Made by a program: the position numbers and the translations under genes. 64,000 nucleotides of DNA, taken from an uncultured virus (IMG/VR IMGVR_UViG_3300011337_000167) (taxonomy: Duplodnaviria; Heunggongvirae; Uroviricota; Caudoviricetes). The stretch lies in IMG/VR virus record IMGVR_UViG_3300011337_000167, one strand, 5' to 3'. The notes beneath the pieces were generated by a model. That model saw nothing but the letters and a program-made list of their open reading frames with translations. It did no database searches and had not been told where the DNA came from. Numbering within the stretch: the first letter of the stretch is position 1; the number at the start of each line of letters is the position of its first letter. Shown one piece after another: positions 38,127-46,274 of this stretch.

Positions 38127-38354
38127 ATGACTAGATGGCATGGAGTGCCCGAAGGGGTGAAGTGGGAAAAAGGCAGTTCGATTGAGGATATTACGCTAGA
38201 CGCACAAGACGAGTTTTATGTGTTCGACGAAGAGAATGGCAACATCTTTTTGGACGATGACCGCTTGGTCTTTTGCGAAGGATTCAATCGTGGGCAAGAG
38301 GCTATGCGTGCCAAAGTCCTAACAATGTTAGGGGAGATGAAAGATGGGGTATAG
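38127..38354 (+). CDS. Small acidic protein
   Basis: AAGGAG RBS. Confidence 0.6.
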   Translation: MTRWHGVPEGVKWEKGSSIEDITLDAQDEFYVFDEENGNIFLDDDRLVFCEGFNRGQEAMRAKVLTMLGEMKDGV

Positions 38355-38868
38355 GTCTCAGGTGGCAGGTTGCATTAGCGTGGACAGGGAGGAAAGGCAC
38401 GACGAGCAAGGCAAATCATACAGCTACTACGATAAGGCTAAGTTCAAAGAGATGGTTGGCTTTATCAAGTTGTCTCGGTTTTGGGAGTTGTGGAATGGCA
38501 AAGCTGATTCTGATTCGTTCGGGTGGAAAGATGGTGCGTTCATTCTTTACGGCTCGGATTGGAAGTGGTATCCCGACTACGACGATGTAAAAGCGTGGGA
38601 CGAGTTGTGGGAGAGCATGCAAAAGGTTGAGGGTATAAGTGGGTATTTTGTGCGAGTAGGGGAAGAGCAGGCAGACATTGAGGAGATGGAGTTTGGAGAC
38701 GACCCATGCACCGACTACTTCCACGCATTTAGTGCTATGCAGTTTGATGGAGATTCTTTTTTAGGAAAGCGAGATACAGATGATGAAGAAAACCAAGCAG
38801 AGCAAGCACCGACCAATCCGCAAGAGAAATCCTGTGGTGGTAGCGTTGCTCAGTCAGCCCAAGCGTAA
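38344..38868 (+). CDS. Acidic early protein
   Basis: MGYRSQV..WKWY..FVRVGEE motif. Confidence 0.7.
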   Translation: MGYRSQVAGCISVDREERHDEQGKSYSYYDKAKFKEMVGFIKLSRFWELWNGKADSDSFGWKDGAFILYGSDWKWYPDYDDVKAWDELWESMQKVEGISGYFVRVGEEQADIEEMEFGDDPCTDYFHAFSAMQFDGDSFLGKRDTDDEENQAEQAPTNPQEKSCGGSVAQSAQA

Positions 38869-38939
38869 TGCAGGGCGACACGGGCGGAATCCTAACAATG
38901 TTAGGTCTAAGCAAGTAAATATAACGGAGGAATAAACAA

Positions 38940-39872
38940 ATGTATGGACACCAAAGAAACTCGGGCATACCCCATATTAACGACTACGCTACTGCGTTAA
39001 AGTTATGGGAAGATACCAAGCCTATTCGTGGTAGGGCGGTAGATACAAGACCACTAGGTCATCGTCGCAACGACCACTACTTAATTAACTTCAAGCCTGA
39101 AGGTGCGGTAGAGTGCATTCTCTACAAGACTCCTGTCGTAATCTTTTGGGAGAACGGAGATGTAGTCCTCCGCCACGATGGATATAACAGCGTATCCACA
39201 TGCAACTTTATTGGTGAGGTGCTAGGTATCCATAGTTCGATCTTTAACTACAACACCTTAGTTGGTTTTGGTGGTAAGGACTATATCGTGCCTATCGAGG
39301 GCTTGACCATTAGACGCAATCACAATTGGGTATACGAGCCTGTGAATCCTACCCCTGTGATAGGACATGCTCTTGATCGCAAAGGGGCTAACAATGTTAG
39401 GGTGCGGTATCACCCCTTTTACTCCTACTTGAGTAGTATGTGTAGGCTTAAAGCTGGCAGCGACTATCCGCAAACCGAGATGTATCGGGTGTTTGGCAAG
39501 ACCGAGGGTAAGTATCCAAGACCAAAGATGCCTGCTGATCTGAGCCATGACGAACGCAATGGGTGGGAGGACTCCGTCAAACTGTTCTTTAACTTGATTA
39601 CAGATACCAAAGAAGAGACAAAGAACGACTCGTTCTACAAAGCGATCTTGCAAATGGCTTATTCGTTTGGCATAACCAAGTGGGGTAATGGTAGTGAAAC
39701 CGAAGGCTATGTGCTACATGAGAAGAAAGCATTGAAAGCTTTTGATGAGTTGATTATTGGCTTTCATCGTTTTGAGACGCTAAAAGAAAAGGTGCTACCC
39801 GAGGGTGTCGTGCGTAAAGATTCCAACGGGAAATACTTTAGAGGCGGTTGGAAGAGGTTGCACAACAAGTGA
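38940..39872 (+). CDS. Early hypothetical protein
   Basis: GGAGG RBS, 310 aa. Confidence 0.75.
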   Translation: MYGHQRNSGIPHINDYATALKLWEDTKPIRGRAVDTRPLGHRRNDHYLINFKPEGAVECILYKTPVVIFWENGDVVLRHDGYNSVSTCNFIGEVLGIHSSIFNYNTLVGFGGKDYIVPIEGLTIRRNHNWVYEPVNPTPVIGHALDRKGANNVRVRYHPFYSYLSSMCRLKAGSDYPQTEMYRVFGKTEGKYPRPKMPADLSHDERNGWEDSVKLFFNLITDTKEETKNDSFYKAILQMAYSFGITKWGNGSETEGYVLHEKKALKAFDELIIGFHRFETLKEKVLPEGVVRKDSNGKYFRGGWKRLHNK

Positions 39873-39937
39873 GCTTGATGAGCTTCTCGTAAAGTGCTAC
39901 CCCGTATCCAAATATATGCAAGCTTTGGCTAGAAAAC

Positions 39938-39966
39938 TTGATTTAGTCAATAAATTGTGTTATAAT
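39938..39966 (+). promoter_or_regulatory. Sigma70 early promoter P5
   Basis: TTGATT-17-TATAAT with TG extension. Confidence 0.8.
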
Positions 39967-40079
39967 ATAGTATATATTAAATAATAAAAATGAGTTTAAT
40001 AGTAGTAAGTTGTGGAGCACCCTAACAATGTTAGGTCTATTGCAGTAGATGTAATTCAATTAACAAGGAGAAACTTAGT

Positions 40080-41147
40080 ATGGCTGAATTAAATTTTGGT
40101 AAAACAGTAACGCTTGCCCAAGCGTCAAACATTATTCTTTCCACCCCGATGAACCGCTACTTCTTAAGAGGCGAGCCAGGGATCGGCAAATCGTCTCTGC
40201 TTAAGTCGTTATCAGCAAGCCTGCCTGACCATGAGGTGTCTTACATTGATGTGCCTAACATGGACTTGGGTGATATTGCTATGCCCGTCATTGATCGGGA
40301 GACAAAGACTACTGCCTACTACCCTAACAGTAGATTCAAAATCCATCTGGGTAAACCCGTCATAACAATGTTAGATGAGTATACGAAAGGTGCTGATCCC
40401 ATTAAGAACATGTTGCACCCAATGCTCGAGGTGGCTAACCCAAGGCTCGGTGATATTACTTTGCACCCCGATAGCATTACTTTCCTAACAGGTAATCTCT
40501 CAAGCGACGGCGTAGGCGATAGCCTTAAGGCTCATAGTATGAATCGTATTATCCCTTTGCATGTGAGCAAGCCTGATGCAGACCAATGGATTGCGTGGGC
40601 TATTGAGAACAATATTGCCCCCGAGGTGATTGCGTGGGTTCGTCAATTCCCCCATGCCCTAGCCTCTTACCTTGATTCGAGTCAGTCGGATAACCCATAC
40701 ATTTTCAATCCAAAGAAAGTGCAGTCAGCGTTCGTCTCTCCTCGTAGTCTAGAACGAGTATCTAACATTGTTAGGGTGCGGTCTAAATTGGATAGCGATA
40801 GCTTGATATGTGCAATGAGTGGTGCGGTAGGTGAGTCAGCCTCTCGTGATATGCAAGCATACATAGAGTTCTCGGATCAGCTTCCAACTTGGGAGTCTGT
40901 GATTGCAAATCCAAAGACGGCTCATGTTCCCGAGTCAGCAGGTGCATGTGCAATTATTGTGTTCGGTGCAATCGCTAAGGTGGATAAGCAAACAATGCCT
41001 AAGTTCATGGAATACATTGAGAGATTCCAAGCCGAGTGGCAAGCATGCTTTGCTATCAATATCGCCAAGTCTCCAACCAAACAACAGATTGCTTTCAGTT
41101 CATCGAAGTTTGCTGATTGGGTGCAGAAGAACGAGGACTTGCTGTAA
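40080..41147 (+). CDS. MoxR-like AAA+ ATPase
   Basis: GEPGIGKS Walker A, MLDE Walker B, TGN sensor, SPRS. Confidence 0.85.
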   Translation: MAELNFGKTVTLAQASNIILSTPMNRYFLRGEPGIGKSSLLKSLSASLPDHEVSYIDVPNMDLGDIAMPVIDRETKTTAYYPNSRFKIHLGKPVITMLDEYTKGADPIKNMLHPMLEVANPRLGDITLHPDSITFLTGNLSSDGVGDSLKAHSMNRIIPLHVSKPDADQWIAWAIENNIAPEVIAWVRQFPHALASYLDSSQSDNPYIFNPKKVQSAFVSPRSLERVSNIVRVRSKLDSDSLICAMSGAVGESASRDMQAYIEFSDQLPTWESVIANPKTAHVPESAGACAIIVFGAIAKVDKQTMPKFMEYIERFQAEWQACFAINIAKSPTKQQIAFSSSKFADWVQKNEDLL

Positions 41148-41308
41148 TGGCTAGGGGAGTTAAGGGTAGTGGAGTATCCCGAGAGTCTATCCGACAGATG
41201 CAGAAGAACGCTTTGCGTAGAGCAAGGCGGTTGCTAGCCAAGCGTGGGTATAAAGCGGAAGACTTTTTTGATGTGTGGACAACAAGGAGAACTAACAATG
41301 TTAGGTAA
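41147..41308 (+). CDS. Small basic protein resembling sigma70 region 4.2
   Basis: TAATG coupling; GVSRESIRQMQKNALRRAR. Confidence 0.5.
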   Translation: MARGVKGSGVSRESIRQMQKNALRRARRLLAKRGYKAEDFFDVWTTRRTNNVR

Positions 41309-42515
41309 TAGCGAAGTAGTAGTAAAGGATAAAGAGGAACGCAGATTGAGCAAGGTGAAAATCTCCATCATGCGTAACCCCAAGTTTGCTTTGTGGTCTG
41401 GTCTTATGACTGTTGGCAAGACTAGCGTAGTGGAAGACATTCCAAGTGCATGCACTAACGGCAGAGATGAGCAGTATGGTCGTGAGTTCATTAAGAAGTT
41501 GGACGACAAAGAGTTGGCATTCGTGGTGTTGCATGAGACATTGCACAAAGCGTATCGACACATGATTACATGGAAGAGATTGCATGACGAGGATCATAGA
41601 CTTGCAAACCTTGCGTGTGATTATGTAATCAACCTTCAGCTAGTAGATATGGACAAGGACGAGTTGCTACTTGCCATGCCTAAGCGTCCTGATGGTAAGC
41701 CACTAGGTGCAATCGACGAACGCTTCAGAGGAATAACGCTAAGCAAATCTTTGACATTCTTAAGGAAGAGCAAGACGAAGGCGGTGGCGGTAGCGGTGGT
41801 GGCGAGGGATTCGACGAGCATGATTGGGAAGGTGCGGAAGGCTCTAAGCGAAGAGGAGAAGAAACAGTTAGAGAAGGAGGTCGATCAGGCTATTCGTCAA
41901 GGGATTATTGCCGAGCAGAAAGTTGTAGGCAAAGGCGGTGGTCGCATGGGTCGAGACCTAGCTGATCTAGTTGAACCCAAGGTGGATTGGCGAGAGGTGT
42001 TGCGTGAATTTGTTAAAGCTACATGTAATGCAAAAGACACAAGTTCGTGGCGACGAGTTAATCGTAGATATTTATCGGGTGATATCTATATGCCTAGCTT
42101 AATAGGTGAAAGAGTTGGGCATCTGGTGATTGGCATTGATACGAGTGGCTCGGTAGGTAATAAGGAACTTGGTGAATTCTTATCCGAAGTGCAGTCGATT
42201 GCGAAAGATGTTCACCCCGATAAAGTCGATCTCATTTATTGGGACGGCGAAGTTGCGGGGCATGAGGAGTATTCCTCTAGTCAAGTAGATTCAATCATTG
42301 ATTCAACCAAACCCAAGGGTGGTGGTGGCACTGATCCTACTTGCGTAATGGAATACATGAAAGAGAAAGCGATCAAGCCCGAGGCAATCATCATGCTTAC
42401 TGACGGCTACATCGGTAATTGGGGAGACGAGTGGAATGCACCGATTCTATGGACTATTGTTGGCAACAACAGAGATTATGCCCCTGTGGGTAAAACGATA
42501 CATGTTAAGGACTAA
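41298..42515 (+). CDS. Metallopeptidase-like plus vWA protein (DUF2201-type)
   Basis: HETLH, NLACDYVIN, IDTSGS MIDAS, GGGTD, LTDG. Confidence 0.85.
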   Translation: MLGNSEVVVKDKEERRLSKVKISIMRNPKFALWSGLMTVGKTSVVEDIPSACTNGRDEQYGREFIKKLDDKELAFVVLHETLHKAYRHMITWKRLHDEDHRLANLACDYVINLQLVDMDKDELLLAMPKRPDGKPLGAIDERFRGITLSKSLTFLRKSKTKAVAVAVVARDSTSMIGKVRKALSEEEKKQLEKEVDQAIRQGIIAEQKVVGKGGGRMGRDLADLVEPKVDWREVLREFVKATCNAKDTSSWRRVNRRYLSGDIYMPSLIGERVGHLVIGIDTSGSVGNKELGEFLSEVQSIAKDVHPDKVDLIYWDGEVAGHEEYSSSQVDSIIDSTKPKGGGGTDPTCVMEYMKEKAIKPEAIIMLTDGYIGNWGDEWNAPILWTIVGNNRDYAPVGKTIHVKD

Positions 42516-42519
42516 TCCT

Positions 42520-42762
42520 ATGGCTAAAGTAATTGTTGAATTTGGGTATGACAAAGCGTATGTAATGGAGGCTGACAAAGCCCTAACATTGTTAGACCTA
42601 ATGAAAGATGCAGAAGTGTTCAAAGAGAATTGGAGATCGAGTGATAAGGGTGGCAACACCTTTCACATCTACCCCCAAGAGAAGGAGTTGTGCAGTATGA
42701 AAGTATTGAGTAGCAATATGTATTCAATGGCAAGACTAGCAGGCAAACCTGAATCAAACTAA
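42520..42762 (+). CDS. Hypothetical protein
   Basis: AAGGA RBS. Confidence 0.6.
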   Translation: MAKVIVEFGYDKAYVMEADKALTLLDLMKDAEVFKENWRSSDKGGNTFHIYPQEKELCSMKVLSSNMYSMARLAGKPESN

Positions 42763-42777
42763 CGAGGAGAAGCAAAC

Positions 42778-43635
42778 ATGAGTATTTCATCTAGTGCAGT
42801 ATTGGTAGAACTAAACATAAGTGTTTGGACTGCCAACAAGTTGGACAAGGGTGCAACCGAGGCGGTGCTTAGCAATAACTCAGCAAGCAAAGACTCAGCC
42901 CAAGTGCGTAAGAACTTAATGGCAGGAACGGACAAGCGTAAAAAGATCTCTGACTACGCTGCTAAGGCTAGGCTCTACCACAATCAGACTACGCTATCGT
43001 GGTCGGACAAAGGTGCGAGGCTACTGCCTACTAGCCTGTTCTTAGACTACAAGTCAAACATGAATGTGTATCAGAAGAACATGAACACCATGATCGAGGA
43101 CTTCTATGTGAACTATGCAGACTTGATTGACTTGGCAAAACATCACATGGGTGATCTCTTCAACCCTTATGACTATCCAAGTATCGAGGAGTTGCGGAGT
43201 AAGTTTGGATTCCGCTTGGTATTCTCTCCGTTGCCCGAGGGTGGGGACTTCCGTCTCGACATTCCCAAGGCAGACATGGAAGAACTAGGTGAGCAGTATG
43301 AGTCAGCGTTCAACGACAGGCTCAAAGATGCTATGCGTGAACCATGGGAGAAGCTACACAAAACTCTTACCCATATTTCAGAAAAGCTAACCGATGTAGA
43401 GGGTGATGACGAGACCAAGAAGAGGTATCACGATACCCTGATTACTAATGCTCAGGAGTTGTGCGGACTGCTATCTCACTTGAACGTAACGAAAGACCCA
43501 CTACTCGAGAATGCCCGCCGTTCCCTTGAACTAACAATGTTAGGGGTTGACATCGAGGCGATCAAGGAAAGCCCTGATGTGCGTAGTAGCGTGAAGGCAA
43601 AGGTTGATGACATTCTTAGTAAGTTTGATTGGTAA
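42778..43635 (+). CDS. Conserved protein associated with AAA/vWA modules (DUF3150-like)
   Basis: LNISVW, TLSW..G.RLLP, DYPSIEELRSKF. Confidence 0.55.
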   Translation: MSISSSAVLVELNISVWTANKLDKGATEAVLSNNSASKDSAQVRKNLMAGTDKRKKISDYAAKARLYHNQTTLSWSDKGARLLPTSLFLDYKSNMNVYQKNMNTMIEDFYVNYADLIDLAKHHMGDLFNPYDYPSIEELRSKFGFRLVFSPLPEGGDFRLDIPKADMEELGEQYESAFNDRLKDAMREPWEKLHKTLTHISEKLTDVEGDDETKKRYHDTLITNAQELCGLLSHLNVTKDPLLENARRSLELTMLGVDIEAIKESPDVRSSVKAKVDDILSKFDW

Positions 43636-43646
43636 GGAGATAACTA

Positions 43647-44483
43647 ATGACGTATGCAAATATTGAATTGAAAGAGCATGACCGCTTTGGTGATGGGATT
43701 AAACGACGAGCAACGATTGATCCGTTCCTCAAAGACTTAATCGAGCAATTAGCTTTGAAGTATCCACAATGGACATTCGTAGAGACAAGTGCTACTGCTA
43801 TGGCAAGCGATAAAACGTATGTTGCTCACCGCTTTGACATTAAGGATAAGCGAGAGACCCTAGGCACAATCGACAAAGACTACTCTAGTAACGGTTATCG
43901 GTATCGTATTGACAATCATCGCATTGAAAGTATGCGTGAACGTGGTTGTGGTATGAAAACGATTCACCTTAACAAGGCAATCAAGCATGTAGATAAATTC
44001 TTTAGTAGGAAAAGTGTAAGTGAAAAACTTGCAGAGGCTACGCTAAAGGTAGGACAAGTTGTGGGGCAGATAGCTAACGAGAAAGAGTGGGCTTTGCGAC
44101 ATACATGGAACTCGTTGGAGACACCTATTAAACAGTTTGTAACTAATAATTACCAACAGTTTATGGATAGTCTAGTAGACAAATCTAGTATTGCTATACA
44201 GCTTGAGCAATTCCCTAAGCAGTTAGAGGAAGAGAGATCGGTGGATCACATGAAAGACATGTTGGCGAAAGGCAACGCTTTTGTTGTGTTCATAGATGGT
44301 ATACACTATTCTGTGCAAAAGGGCAAAGACCCTTTACAAATAAAAGAGAGTGATGAGTTGCCTGACTTTATGCGTAGGGCGATAGGGCTACTCAAGTTAG
44401 TTGAAGATAATCAAGTAGTTAGTGGAGTAGGTTTGCGTGTCAACGAATCTACTTTCTTAGTATTACCTAACAATGTTAGTTAA
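43647..44483 (+). CDS. Hypothetical protein
   Basis: AAGGAG RBS, 278 aa. Confidence 0.7.
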   Translation: MTYANIELKEHDRFGDGIKRRATIDPFLKDLIEQLALKYPQWTFVETSATAMASDKTYVAHRFDIKDKRETLGTIDKDYSSNGYRYRIDNHRIESMRERGCGMKTIHLNKAIKHVDKFFSRKSVSEKLAEATLKVGQVVGQIANEKEWALRHTWNSLETPIKQFVTNNYQQFMDSLVDKSSIAIQLEQFPKQLEEERSVDHMKDMLAKGNAFVVFIDGIHYSVQKGKDPLQIKESDELPDFMRRAIGLLKLVEDNQVVSGVGLRVNESTFLVLPNNVS

Positions 44484-44493
44484 GGAGAAGATT

Positions 44494-44709
44494 ATGTTTA
44501 ATAAAAAACGACATGTATTCATAGTAGATGATTCACCTAGACAAGAAAGGATAACGTCTATGGCTTTAGATAAAGACTCAAAGTTTAAGTGGACTACGGG
44601 TGCTGACGTATTAAGAACGTGGAAAAAGCATGGGTTTGTTCCACCTACTGAATACCGAGATGACTACTTGTTTAAGTTAAATCGTGATGCTAACAAACCA
44701 ACAGAATGA
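44494..44709 (+). CDS. Small protein
   Basis: AAGGAG RBS; TWKKHGFVPP. Confidence 0.6.
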   Translation: MFNKKRHVFIVDDSPRQERITSMALDKDSKFKWTTGADVLRTWKKHGFVPPTEYRDDYLFKLNRDANKPTE

Positions 44710-44718
44710 GAGGAGAGT

Positions 44719-44925
44719 ATGAATGAAGTAACCATAAAACGAAGCAGAGGCAGAGGCAAAGGAATGAAGCCTGCAATGGTTTACCTACCTGTGCGTATCA
44801 GCCAAGAAGTAGCAGATTTTTTCAACGCTTACCCTAACAAGAGTGCAAAGATTAGGGAAGTATTAGCTAGTTATGTTCAACAACATGGAGAAACAAATGA
44901 GAAAGAAACTCACCAAAAGCAGTAA
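44719..44925 (+). CDS. Putative ribbon-helix-helix DNA-binding protein
   Basis: RGRGKG..LPVRISQEVADFF..SAKIREVL pattern. Confidence 0.5.
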   Translation: MNEVTIKRSRGRGKGMKPAMVYLPVRISQEVADFFNAYPNKSAKIREVLASYVQQHGETNEKETHQKQ

Positions 44926-45358
44926 AGTAATTCGTTACATCAAGAAGAACCCAAATGCCAAGGCGAAAGAAGTGTCGCAGGTAACAGGAGTTCCGATTGC
45001 TAGCGTGTATCAAACCGCTTACAAAGTGCGAAAGCAAATGCGTGAAGGTATGGCTAAAGTGCAGATGACCGCCCTATCGCCTAAGCGTGCCGCAAGTAAA
45101 ACTACTAGGGGTATGAAAGTAATAGCAACTTACACGAGCAACAAGAGCATTAAGTCTGACATGGTCAACCACCCACCGCACTACAAGGCAGGGGGTATTG
45201 AGACGATTGATTTCATTGAAGCTAAGAACCTAGGGTATAACCTAGGTAATGTAGTGAAGTATGTAAGTCGTGCCGATTTGAAAGGCAATAAGTTGGAAGA
45301 CTTACAGAAAGCTAAATGGTATTTGGATCGGGCTATTAGTAATCTTAGCAAGACCTAA
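44897..45358 (+). CDS. HTH plus DUF3310-like protein
   Basis: N-terminal HTH pattern; VNHPPHY..GNVVKY..EDLQKAKWYL. Confidence 0.75.
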   Translation: MRKKLTKSSKVIRYIKKNPNAKAKEVSQVTGVPIASVYQTAYKVRKQMREGMAKVQMTALSPKRAASKTTRGMKVIATYTSNKSIKSDMVNHPPHYKAGGIETIDFIEAKNLGYNLGNVVKYVSRADLKGNKLEDLQKAKWYLDRAISNLSKT

Positions 45359-45516
45359 CAATGTTAGGGGGCAGTTTGATTATAGATAGAACCTAGTAGC
45401 CTTGTAGATGCGAATGATTTTGTCTTCAGCTAGTTTGCCCCGATACTTTATGGCTAGCTGAATCCTTGTTAACTCTGAGGGTGGCAGAGAATCTACATCT
45501 CCACCCATTTTTCTCC

Positions 45517-45544
45517 TTGACAAAGTCCAACACCATGTTATTAT
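45517..45544 (+). promoter_or_regulatory. Sigma70 promoter of replication genes
   Basis: TTGACA-16-TATTAT with TG extension. Confidence 0.6.
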
Positions 45545-45550
45545 GGTGGC

Positions 45551-45880
45551 ATGGCACTAACTCCCGAAAAGAAAGTTAAAGACAAATGCGTCAAGCTACT
45601 TAAGGCTTACGACGCTTATTACTTTTTCCCTGCTACCCATGGTTATGGACGTAGCGGTGTGCCTGATATTATTTGTTGCATTGCAGGAAAATTTGTAGCT
45701 ATTGAGTGCAAGGCAGGCGACAATAAGCCTACTGCATTACAAGAAAAAGAAATGGCAGACATTCGTAAACAGGGTGGAATTGCCGTCGTAATAAATGAAA
45801 GCAACCTAACATTGTTAGAGGGATTGCTAAAAGATTTAACAGGGGCTAACGACGAGGAGGACATAGATGGCAGATGTTGA
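45551..45880 (+). CDS. VRR-NUC nuclease
   Basis: PE.KVK, GVPD, IECKA, PTALQ. Confidence 0.85.
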   Translation: MALTPEKKVKDKCVKLLKAYDAYYFFPATHGYGRSGVPDIICCIAGKFVAIECKAGDNKPTALQEKEMADIRKQGGIAVVINESNLTLLEGLLKDLTGANDEEDIDGRC

Positions 45881-46274
45881 AATGAACAAAGGGGTTCAGA
45901 TATTACTTGAACGCATGAACAGTAACCCCGATGAATTTATCCCTACCCTACGAGATGGGTATCCTCCAAAATGGCGAGACATTCTCCTCTCTATTGAGAT
46001 GCGAACCAATGGGGGTAAGGAATACAAAGATCAGTTGCCGTTCCTAAACGACAAAGAAGTCAAAGCCCTATGGGAGAAGATGCAGAGCTTGCAAGGCGAG
46101 CTGTTTACTAAGCGAGTTATGGATACCCTGCTACGTGATGCCCATGATTTTGAAATACTTGAAACCATGAAGCAGTTGCCCCTACTGCTAGAGGAGTTGG
46201 AGAGGCATTCTCCTGCGGAACTATCATCTCTTTCTCGGCAAGTCGCAGGCGGTAGGCTCAAAAAAATAAAATGA
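45867..46274 (+). CDS. Hypothetical protein
   Basis: GGAGGA RBS, coupled. Confidence 0.6.
   Translation: MADVEMNKGVQILLERMNSNPDEFIPTLRDGYPPKWRDILLSIEMRTNGGKEYKDQLPFLNDKEVKALWEKMQSLQGELFTKRVMDTLLRDAHDFEILETMKQLPLLLEELERHSPAELSSLSRQVAGGRLKKIK

Larger units (their letters stand above)
34363..45819. repeat. Dispersed palindrome CCTAACAWTGTTAGG, 21 copies
   Basis: 15-mer starts: 34363,35125,35437,35581,36263,36405,37017,37227,37526,38318,38891,39387,40021,40361,40761,41291,42582,43530,44466,45354,45805. Confidence 0.95.

Noticed and set aside
45468..45492. Twister ribozyme (TAACTCTG..GCAGAG)
   Set aside because: Lacks the conserved P4 loop segment; resemblance is superficial.
34363..45819. Palindrome series as a CRISPR array
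   Set aside because: Repeats are only 13-15 bp, irregularly spaced (about 140-1300 bp), many inside ORFs; no cas operon.
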